A stretch of DNA of 64,000 nucleotides from Pirellulales bacterium (GTDB lineage: Bacteria > Planctomycetota > Planctomycetia > Pirellulales > JADZDJ01). The position numbers and the translations under genes were made by a program. The stretch covers positions 3,256,274-3,320,273 of the forward strand of contig OY970289.1 in assembly GCA_963716135.1 (NCBI GenBank), read 5' to 3'. Of this stretch, positions 49,290 to 56,995 are shown piece by piece; the first letter of the stretch is position 1, and each line of letters starts with the position of its first letter. The notes beneath the pieces were generated by a model. That model saw nothing but the letters and a program-made list of their open reading frames with translations. It was not told the DNA's origin and did no database searches.

Positions 49290-49631
49290 CTAATCGGAAG
49301 GTTTTTCAGAGACACTCGCGTTTATGCGTTCCAGGTACCACATGCCGTGCCAATCGAACGTTGGTAGCTTCTGAATGACGAGTGGTGATAAACCAGCCGC
49401 CTCAACCTCTTCCCATTGGGGCAATGTAAGGCCATCTGTCGCGTATTTGAATGGATCAATGTCTCCATCGACAAGCTTGTAATCTAAAGGCAACGGAACC
49501 GGCTGAGTTACTGTGCAGCCCCAGCAAAATCCCGCGATTCTCCCGGAGGGCAAGCACTTCACTAAGGCGATTTCCACGCCACATCCAATAGGGCACTTGG
49601 CGTCGATGATGCAGACTTGTTGCGAGTCCAT
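49290..49631 (-). CDS. array gene 9: 113-aa Cys-rich soluble protein
   Basis: MDSQQVCIIDAKCPIGCGVEIALVKCLPSGRIAGFCWGC.. ATG at 49631, directly after the JE. Confidence 0.45.
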   Translation of the reverse strand: MDSQQVCIIDAKCPIGCGVEIALVKCLPSGRIAGFCWGCTVTQPVPLPLDYKLVDGDIDPFKYATDGLTLPQWEEVEAAGLSPLVIQKLPTFDWHGMWYLERINASVSEKPSD

Positions 49632-49675
49632 CACCGCATTGTAGCCGATGGGCACGGGAGTTGAGCGGGCTGCTC
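49632..49675 (-). promoter_or_regulatory. junction element (JE), short variant, fills the whole 44-nt gap
   Basis: Sense: TGAGAGCAGCCCGCTCAACTCCCGTGCCCATCGGCTACAATGCGGTGATG. Confidence 0.65.
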
Positions 49676-50059
49676 TCAAGTGTCCAGATGCCACGTATGA
49701 TCTTTGCTTTCATAGAACAGCGTGAATGCGTCTTTGCCGTAATCGCCGATTTGGAGCTCGAACGAGATTCCACTATTTCTAAGGATGTTGTATCTCCATC
49801 CTCCATACAGGGCCTTTGGAAGAACGATGTTGGCGTCTGACAGATTGTCCGGATAAGCGCCGTTCTTTACTTTGTAGGACTCGATTTGAGCAACAATCTT
49901 ATCCCCTTCGGATCGAAGCTGGCTCAGAACGACATCGCTGGGACGGTCAGGGAAAGCGTCCAAGATGGGAGCCACGTACATCTTCCATCCAAGTATCAGC
50001 ACCGCTACCAGCGCCACTGCGCTTCCCAGTATGACGATATTGCGGCGAGTACGTGGCAT
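49676..50059 (-). CDS. array gene 10: N-terminally anchored hypothetical protein
   Basis: MPRTRRNIVILGSAVALVAVLILGW.. then a soluble domain. The upstream 57 codons of track ORF 49676-50230 lie in the JE and Rep-C and are not coding. Confidence 0.5.
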   Translation of the reverse strand: MPRTRRNIVILGSAVALVAVLILGWKMYVAPILDAFPDRPSDVVLSQLRSEGDKIVAQIESYKVKNGAYPDNLSDANIVLPKALYGGWRYNILRNSGISFELQIGDYGKDAFTLFYESKDHTWHLDT

Positions 50060-50140
50060 GCTGCTTTGAATGTATCGTTTCCTCCCCATGCGACGGCAGG
50101 GTAATTCTAGCCGACGGACAGCGGCACGAGAAATTAGAGG
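50060..50140 (-). promoter_or_regulatory. junction element (JE), long variant
   Basis: Sense: CTAATTTCTCGTGCCGCTGTCCGTCGGCTAGAATTACCCTGCCGTCGCATGGGGAGGAAACGATACATTCAAAGCAGCATG. Confidence 0.6.
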
Positions 50141-50170
50141 CTTCCGGCGCGCATACAGCGTCCCAAAAAC

Positions 50171-50362
50171 CTTCCTTTTCTGCGGCTCGCAACAGGGCCA
50201 GATCGGCAGCAAGTCACCGCCGCGCATCATTCCGAGAATACGGATGGGTTTCCAGGACGCTAAGACTGTCCCATCAAACCAATGAGTTTCTGACGCAGGC
50301 AGCGAGAAGCGTCATCTATCGGTCGTTTATTTGGACAGTCGAAAACGGATCGAGTTGATGCG
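50171..50362 (+). repeat. Rep-C repeat copy 2, followed by the Rep-A tail module
   Basis: Matches 29306-29475. It ends with cggtcgtttatttggacagtcgaaaacggatcgagttgatgcgac, as at 46300-46347. Confidence 0.8.
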
Positions 50363-50385
50363 ACCGCGGCACGCGCTACGCCGCC

Positions 50386-50590
50386 TGTGCGGCGACGAGT
50401 GCCGAAAAAGGAACCGTTTCTAAATTGTCCATCGGACGGTAAATTAAACGGCTCGGGGCTCCCTCCTCAATCCGCCGGCCCAAGCCATCGTAGGCGTAGG
50501 TGATTTCACTGGTGGCGCCATCTTTTTGCTCCACCAGCCGGTTCCACGACTTGTGTCAGCTCATTCTGGGCATCATAGCTGCGCAACCCC
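50386..50590 (-). pseudogene. RHS/YD-repeat protein remnant
   Basis: My translation gives RSYDAQNELTQVVEPAGGAK, then a shift in an A5 run, then DGATSEITYAYDGLGRRIEEG... These are YD-repeat signatures without the rest of an rhs gene. Confidence 0.55.
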
Positions 50591-50597
50591 GGCGATT

Positions 50598-51020
50598 TTA
50601 GTGATTATCTAGCCGCTCGCATGCTTGCCTATCTGGCTGTGGAATGCTTGCAAGCGACGGAAATTTTTGCACCTCGCCCGATGTGATTTTTAGTACGACA
50701 TATGTCCCATCACTTGTAACAAAGTAGGCGTTGCCGTCACCTTTTCTCCAGTTCACTACTCGATCCGCGATAGTTTGTTGTTTTTGAAGGTCAAAAAGCA
50801 GAAGTTCAGAGGATAGCGGATCGGTATCGAATCGCCAAGATTTCAGCACTTGAAAACGCCCATCGCCAAAATAGTCTCGTGTATCTTTACCGATTCCGTG
50901 TCGTAGTTTCTCGTTGCAGCCCAACATCGCGAGCAACGTGATGCCCAAAATGCTGTGTGCAAATTCCTTGTGCAACGTGAACCTGAACACTCTCAGCAAC
51001 TCCTGTCCGGCCCAAGCCAT
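50598..51020 (-). CDS. array gene 11: putative lipoprotein
   Basis: MAWAGQELLRVFRFTLHKEFAHSILGITLLAMLGCNEK... Its first codons overlap a second YD-repeat scrap read in another frame, so the start is uncertain. Confidence 0.4.
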   Translation of the reverse strand: MAWAGQELLRVFRFTLHKEFAHSILGITLLAMLGCNEKLRHGIGKDTRDYFGDGRFQVLKSWRFDTDPLSSELLLFDLQKQQTIADRVVNWRKGDGNAYFVTSDGTYVVLKITSGEVQKFPSLASIPQPDRQACERLDNH

Positions 51021-51065
51021 CGTAGGCGTAGGCGACTTCACTGCACTGCTTGACCAAAGCGTCGT

Positions 51066-51398
51066 TCAGGACATTTCTCGTAATAAGTACAGATAGTTCA
51101 TCACAGTGATTATCAGTTCAGCACTGACTGCCATAGTAACAACAAGAGATCGAAACGTGCTCTTTTCCGGAAAAAGCTTTGGCCATCCATTCCGCCAAAC
51201 GTCCAAGATGAATCCCAAAGTAGCTCCGAGTACGGCGAAATGAACAATATTCAACACATGCCGGCAGGATTCGGCGAAACGATTGCGCGCCTCAATATCT
51301 ACCGTGGGAATCGAATACCCGATTACGATACCGAGTATTAGCCCGAAGAAAACGATGCCGCGTCCATATTGCATAAATTCTTGCTCGTTGCTGGCCAT
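51066..51398 (-). CDS. array gene 12: 110-aa 3-TM protein
   Basis: GIVFFGLILGIVIGY, IVHFAVLGATLGFIL and LVVTMAVSAELIITV. Confidence 0.5.
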   Translation of the reverse strand: MASNEQEFMQYGRGIVFFGLILGIVIGYSIPTVDIEARNRFAESCRHVLNIVHFAVLGATLGFILDVWRNGWPKLFPEKSTFRSLVVTMAVSAELIITVMNYLYLLREMS

Positions 51399-51426
51399 CT
51401 CACATCTGAACCATCACTAATAGTTT

Positions 51427-52029
51427 TTATTCCTTCATTTCTGGGTCGGGCAACTGCTGGTTTGGCGATTTTTTCTCAAACTCTGATTGTCGAATGACTA
51501 TTGCTTCTGGATAAGTCCTTTTTAGCTCAGCGATTGCCGCCTCCGACTCTGTGTCGTCTAGCACGAACAAATCGTATTCCACATCTCCCAGCCAACGGCG
51601 AAACAACGGTATCTTACCTCGGTTCATGTTACCTGCGCTCACAAACACCGAGTGATATGAATGCCATGTTCGTTCGCGACTGTTTACAATTTGAAATTGT
51701 TGCGCACCAAATAATGCTCCTGCAGCCAGTATGGCGATTATCAACAACAGAGACAATTTACGATAACGTGCGATTGTCGTAGTCAGATCGCCCGATAACC
51801 GGCGGATACCTTTAAAGGCTGATCGCCTTATCATCCATGCGAAAACAACAAACAGTCCCAAAGCCCCCCCAAGCACTGCGCCCATGCTAAGGCCGTTGCT
51901 AATTGCGGGCGCACGAAAAAATGGGCCTAGAATCAATGCCCCAAGAGCAGCCCCAACCATCGCAGCGATGAGTACTGGCAAAACAGTTGGATATTTCGTG
52001 GCAACCGATGAGTCTGGATTTTGAACCAT
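51427..52029 (-). CDS. array gene 13: 200-aa membrane protein with C-terminal soluble domain
   Basis: Three or four Gly/Ala-rich TM segments, then ..VEYDLFVLDDTESEAAIAELKRTYPEAIVIR. Confidence 0.5.
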   Translation of the reverse strand: MVQNPDSSVATKYPTVLPVLIAAMVGAALGALILGPFFRAPAISNGLSMGAVLGGALGLFVVFAWMIRRSAFKGIRRLSGDLTTTIARYRKLSLLLIIAILAAGALFGAQQFQIVNSRERTWHSYHSVFVSAGNMNRGKIPLFRRWLGDVEYDLFVLDDTESEAAIAELKRTYPEAIVIRQSEFEKKSPNQQLPDPEMKE

Positions 52030-52040
52030 TTAGAACACGA

Positions 52041-52424
52041 TTATTTATCCCAGACGACAACTGTATTGTGTGTAGAAAACCATTCTAACAAGTTGCTGTT
52101 CATCCTAGGTCCTAGACGCGTTGGATCTAGGTTCCTCAGTGCGGTTTTTCCCAAGTCTTGCGGCAGTCGAACGTATTTCTGCCAAAAGGGCTGTCCAAAG
52201 AAAGAACGCTCAATCGTCTGGACGTTACTTCCATCGCACGTGAGGGTGCCCTCGGTCAACAGTTCCCGCTCCGAATCGTCTTTTAGTGCGTAGATCGCGT
52301 AGTCGAGCGAGTCTTCCCTCGCCGAATTCGCACAGCCGATCTGGGCGAGCAAAAGAACAACTAACGTGGGTAGGACTCGCGGGTACACAATTTGCCAAAA
52401 TGATCGAGTCAACAATTGAGCCAT
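52041..52424 (-). CDS. array gene 14: lipoprotein
   Basis: MAQLLTRSFWQIVYPRVLPTLVVLLLAQIGCANS lipobox. Only 11 nt separate it from gene 13. Confidence 0.5.
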   Translation of the reverse strand: MAQLLTRSFWQIVYPRVLPTLVVLLLAQIGCANSAREDSLDYAIYALKDDSERELLTEGTLTCDGSNVQTIERSFFGQPFWQKYVRLPQDLGKTALRNLDPTRLGPRMNSNLLEWFSTHNTVVVWDK

Positions 52425-52503
52425 CAGTTGCAGACACAAGTTCGAAGTGATTGTAGCGGGTTGATCAAGCTACAGCGAAGCACGCTGCGGGCGGGGCAGT
52501 GGG
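52425..52503 (-). promoter_or_regulatory. -10 core of the junction element upstream of genes 14-11
   Basis: Sense: TTGATCAACCCGCTACAATCACTTCGAACTTGTGTCTGCAACTGATG. It shares GCTACAATCAC with the JE copies but not the flanks. Confidence 0.4.
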
Positions 52504-53418
52504 TCAGTTTTCCAATTTGAAATGTCGCCGAAGTTCGGATGAATAAACCGTGCCGACTTCAGGTTTGTTGAATTCGAGCCAGTCAGAAAAACGCGTTGCA
52601 CCATTCGGTGCTTGATCGGAAGTCAACAGGCCATCCATAAGACCTTGGAGTTCATCGCGAGTCAAAATTACATCGCCGAGGGCCAGCCCGATGAGTCGGC
52701 CCATGGCGATGCCGACGGCCGGTGGCATTCGCATAAGTTTTGCCTTGGGTTTAATCTTGGAGGCAATGAACTGGACGAACTCCTGAAAGGTAAACACTTC
52801 CGGACCAATGGCGTCGAGAATAGTTGATTCCTCATCCTGAGCGCGCGCCACCGCTAGGGCTGCTACATCCTCCACAAACACGGGCTGCACCCGGTACTTG
52901 CCGGATCCAAAAATCGGAAAAAATGGGAACTTGCGAATTAGCCAGGCGATATTGTTCACCAAGATATCTTCTTTGCCGAAGACCAGCGTGGGTCGAACGA
53001 TGCTGTACGGCACGCCCGAGTTGACCAGAGCGTCTTCCTGAAGTCCCTTTCCCGCATAGTAGGGCAGGCGCGACTGTGGAGAAGCGTGCGTCACACTGAT
53101 ATGGACGATTTTCCGGATCCCGGCGTTCTTGGCGCAGTCGAACAGCGTGGCGGTATTGTTGACGGCTTGACGAAAAGTAGCCCCACCATATTCGAAGCGA
53201 ATCCAATAGGTGTTGTACAGCGTCGAAGCGCCGCGCAGATTGGCCGTCAATTCATCCGGCCTGTCGAAGTTGTAGGGAAACGCTTTTACGGCATTTCCAA
53301 AGGGATTGGGTTTGTTGGGATGGGTGGTGATCGTCGTCACCTGCTCTTCCTGCTGGAGCAGGCAACGGGCGATGTACTTCCCGATATAGCCGAATGCCCC
53401 TGTAACAACACTTGCCAT
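52504..53418 (-). CDS. NAD(P)-binding NmrA/NDUFA9-like atypical SDR
   Basis: VVTGAFGYIGKYIA Rossmann motif, 304 aa. Confidence 0.8.
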   Translation of the reverse strand: MASVVTGAFGYIGKYIARCLLQQEEQVTTITTHPNKPNPFGNAVKAFPYNFDRPDELTANLRGASTLYNTYWIRFEYGGATFRQAVNNTATLFDCAKNAGIRKIVHISVTHASPQSRLPYYAGKGLQEDALVNSGVPYSIVRPTLVFGKEDILVNNIAWLIRKFPFFPIFGSGKYRVQPVFVEDVAALAVARAQDEESTILDAIGPEVFTFQEFVQFIASKIKPKAKLMRMPPAVGIAMGRLIGLALGDVILTRDELQGLMDGLLTSDQAPNGATRFSDWLEFNKPEVGTVYSSELRRHFKLEN

Positions 53419-53424
53419 ATCAGC

Positions 53425-53512
53425 ATTAGACGATTGAGTTCCCGGCGCGCGAAGTCTGTCTCAAAAACCGGGTCCTTTTGTGGGACAACCGAGAATCGGC
53501 TGAGTTTCTAGA
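53425..53512 (+). repeat. Rep-A repeat, 3' half
   Basis: gattgagttcccggcgcgcgaagtctgtctcaaaaaccgggtccttttgtgggacaaccgagaatcggctgagtttctag. Confidence 0.7.
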
Positions 53513-53536
53513 ACGATAAGTGGGCGCGACACGGCC

Positions 53537-54184
53537 TCAGATCGCTCGTGCTGGCGCAGGAAACATGAGCTGTCGCGTCCAATGTTCCTCTCCTATGATC
53601 GACAACCCTATGCCTTTCCTTTTGTACTCCACCGCCTTTTGTATTTTGCGCCCGAACGATGTATGGATCCAGTCCCGACTTCCAAGGTTTCCAATTACTA
53701 ACGCATTCGTACGTTGGGTGATATTGCCTTCGCACATTCCGCCGCGCTGGCAAACAGCTTGCTCACATCGGGGTCGCGTGCCGAATAAGAACCGGCCAGT
53801 GAACACAAACACTTGCGACTGGAAACTCAGAACAGGTGGTGGGTCATCTAACGGTAATCGCGTCGATGCATTGCCATCTTCGATGAATGACCGTTCCCCA
53901 GTGACTTCCTCTAGGAGGCACAGAAGATCGTTTCGCTCCTCGTCCGTCACCATGCCGTCCTCGAAGATGCCAAATAACCGATTAGCCAACACATCCCCAG
54001 GCCACATTTGATTGGCTTCCGGATTCGCCGCAATCCAGTTGTTCAGCATGATTGTTTCTTCGATTGATACCGTTCCATCGGCAATGATTCCTTTCACCAA
54101 GCCGAGCATTTCATGAATAGTCCGATCGGCCCGACGTGCAGCGTTCCATCGCTCATCCAACGGCTGGTTGTGTTGATCGAGCAC
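53537..54184 (-). CDS. BRCT-domain protein with helical (TerB-like?) N-terminal domain
   Basis: The C-terminus VFVFTGRFLFGTRPRCEQAV..ALVIGNLGSRDW..GRKIQKAVEYKRKG..IIGEEHW is a BRCT pattern. GTG start. The N-terminal assignment is from memory. Confidence 0.6.
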   Translation of the reverse strand: MLDQHNQPLDERWNAARRADRTIHEMLGLVKGIIADGTVSIEETIMLNNWIAANPEANQMWPGDVLANRLFGIFEDGMVTDEERNDLLCLLEEVTGERSFIEDGNASTRLPLDDPPPVLSFQSQVFVFTGRFLFGTRPRCEQAVCQRGGMCEGNITQRTNALVIGNLGSRDWIHTSFGRKIQKAVEYKRKGIGLSIIGEEHWTRQLMFPAPARAI

Positions 54185-54275
54185 GACCGTATCCTTAAGA
54201 AGCTAAGTGCGCCGCCCCTAATTTAACTGACGACTACTGGCGCGTCTATTCACTCATGATCTGATAACGCCGGGC

Positions 54276-54351
54276 CGGTGTCGTCTAACGCTTGGGTTCC
54301 CGGTACGCAACCGCCGTCTCAGAAACCGGGTGGTTTGTTGGGATAGTTACG
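54276..54351 (+). repeat. Rep-A repeat, degenerate 3' half
   Basis: gtcgtctaacgcttgggttcccggtacgcaaccgccgtctcagaaaccgggtggtttgttgggatagttacgg. Confidence 0.5.
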
Positions 54352-56614
54352 GTAGTGGCTCCCACGGGCGAGCAGAGAAATCCCACAGCAGCACCGCACC
54401 CGGCCCGCTGGTAGCCAGTGTTTTACCGTCGGGGCTGAAGGCAAGGGAGGCAATGTAGCACTGCGGCGCGACAAGTTTTTCCTGGGTTTTGCCGGTTGCG
54501 ATGTCGATGATTTGAATCGCAGGTTGGGGCAATTTTTTCCACTGGGTCTCATCGTCTAAGGTGAGATTCTGAGGGACATCGTTGATGGCCGCCGCGATCC
54601 ATTTGCCGCTGGGGTGAAATGCGACGTCGGCGATGATTTTGTTCTCGCCGAAATCGATCCGCCGCACCGCCTTCTGCGGCACATCAATGAAACTCAGCCT
54701 GCGCGTCTTGGGCTTTGGAATTTTGTTCGACAGCCACCAGCGTCCGGCTGTCGAGAGCCCATTTCATCGGATAGTAGCCGAGGTTTTCGCCGACCGCCCC
54801 GGTGCTGAATAGTTCGCTTCCTGTGGCAGCATCGTAAAACTTGATCGAGGTGGCGCCGTGCTGCCAATCGCCTTTGTGGGGATATACTTCAATACGCGCG
54901 GCCAGCACTTTAGCGTCGGGCGAGAATTGGCAGGGCCAAACCGTAGCTGGACCGGGGGGCAGATCTATGACGATGGGGTTGGCTAAGTCAGGGAGGTCGA
55001 GAATCTTCAGACCGACGTCGCCTGAGGCGTCGGCTGCGGAGAGATTGATCGCCAGCCGCTTATTATCTGGGGAAAACGCGACCAGGCCGTTGGAGGTTTC
55101 GACCACGTCGCGGTGGCCGCCGGTGGCCGTGTTCCACAAACTGGCGGTGCGGTGGTATTGATTGTTTTCGTAGTCGCCGGGCAGGCCGTCGCTGGAGAGC
55201 AAGTATTGGCCGTCGGGTGAGAGATCGATGGCAAGGATTTGCGCGGCGGCGAGTGCTTGAAGCTGTTGAGTAATTTGCCGGTTTCGAGATCGAACACTCG
55301 CACACTGTCGTCGAACGACAATCGCTGCAACAGCTTGCCCTCGACTTCGATTTTTTCATTTTTTCGATTTTTATATCGAGTGGGGGCGTAGATCAGCTTC
55401 CAATCGGGCGAAACGACGAAGTAGTGATAGGAGGACCGATAGCCTGTGCCGGTTTCCAGGGTCAGCAGCCGTTTGGCTGTTTCGGAGTCCCAAATATTAA
55501 CGGTGCCGCCGGGATAATCGCCGGCGATGACGCGCTTACCGTCGGAGGAGAATTGGACTTCGACGATGGTCGCCGCTGTGTTTTCGGCGGTGTGCGGCAG
55601 GGCTTGCTTCAGCCGGGGGGAAACGGCCTGCAATTGTACTGTGGTGGAAGCAGAGGCGGCTTGAATGGGAATGTCGTATTTGGTGGGCGCTACAGTGACG
55701 CCGGGCCAGTTGGTAAGCAATAGTTCGACGTGTGCCGTGCCGAGGCCGATGTCGGAGGGAATATCAAGGTTGCCGTAGAGATTATTGCCGCAGCAGCGCT
55801 TGGTGAGGGCGTACGATTTTTGGGTCGCAGGCTGGCCTTCGGCGGCAGGCGGGAAGGAAACGGTTAGCGTGGGGTGCGCATCGGCTGGGATAAGGCCTTG
55901 GTATTGGACAAATGCGGTGGTACCTGCGCCCAGGCCTGGCGTACCCACCGAGAGATATGGCCTGACGGTGGCGCCTGCGTGCCAATTCGATGGAGGATTG
56001 TAAAAGACGATGTGCCAAGGGCCGCCGAAGTGCACGATGGGAGCGGAATTGGGATCGTGGCCGAATTGCAGCAGTCCTTGATCGTCGTGCCAACCACTGT
56101 CTTCAACGACGCGGCCTTCGACTCCGCCGCCATGGAAGTCGGGCATTTCCAAATCGATTTGCACTGTGCCGCCGCGCCAGGTGGGGTGCTCGGTCAAATA
56201 CTTTTTGAGGCGTGGATCCTCGTCTTTTAGATAGTCGAGATTGAAGCGGTAGAGCCGGAGATCTTTGTGCGTTAGCGGGCCGTCAGGAATGTCGCCGGCT
56301 TTGAATAAGAACACGCCATCTTTGGGGTCGCCATAATCGGGCGTGGCGGCGATGCGATTGTCGGGTTCGGTGAGATCGCCGTTGCCGTTGCGGTCGACGT
56401 AGAGGGTGTTGCCATCTTGAACGAGCCAGACTTTTTTGTGGGCGTCGAGGCCGAAGACGAGGAGGCAGTATTCAGGATGGTCGGATTGAAGGGCGGGGAG
56501 TTTTGGCGGAGTGCGGTCGATCTTCGAAAGATCGAACGTGGCCGGTTCGGCGGCGAAAATCGGGCTGGCAAGGCCCAGCAGCATTCCCAATAGGGCGACC
56601 CAAGCGTGTCGCAT
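54347..56614 (-). CDS. secreted beta-propeller (WD40/TolB-like) protein; frame interrupted twice as given
   Basis: Signal peptide MRHAWVALLGMLLGLASPIFA. The propeller repeats (FSSDGKRV, VSPDWKLI, LSPDGQYL, FSPDNKRL, FSPDAKVL, FHPSGKWI, FSPDGKTL) run through ORFs 55007-56614, 54684-55202 and 54347-54682. The shifts are at the plus-strand TTT at 55239-55241 and the AAA at 54690-54692. Confidence 0.7.
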
Positions 56615-56995
56615 GATCCAGCCCTTCGCGGAAAATGTCCGTGATGGACCTTATTGTATCGTGTATCTGCCCGCCGGTACATCAAACGGCATTCTGGACA
56701 AACGCGGCACGCCAGATGCGAACGTTTTCATCATTTTGAAGGGGACTCTTCTTTGTCCCCCTTAAGCGTAATAGTTCCATCCTCACCTATAACGCAAAAA
56801 CAATCTGCGATACGCCAAGATATTTCATCGTGACAAAGAACACTTCGCGCGTGGTCATAAAATCCCCTTCTGGTCGCAATTGACAGGTGTGATATAGCCG
56901 AGGGCGAAACGACGGGATTTGCACTCATTCCTAGAAACGTTCGTTCGATAAAGGATCCTGGGGAATAAATTCTGCAACGCAGCCGTTTTACCGGA

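Noticed and set aside
46388-52439. Integron-like cassette array, or a cluster of attC sites without an integrase
   Set aside because: GCTCAAC after each stop codon fits the RYYYAAC inverse core. However, I find no partner GTTRRRY core and no imperfect inverted repeat spanning the gaps. There is no intI gene. The conserved block also includes the ribosome-binding site of the next gene, which attC sites do not.
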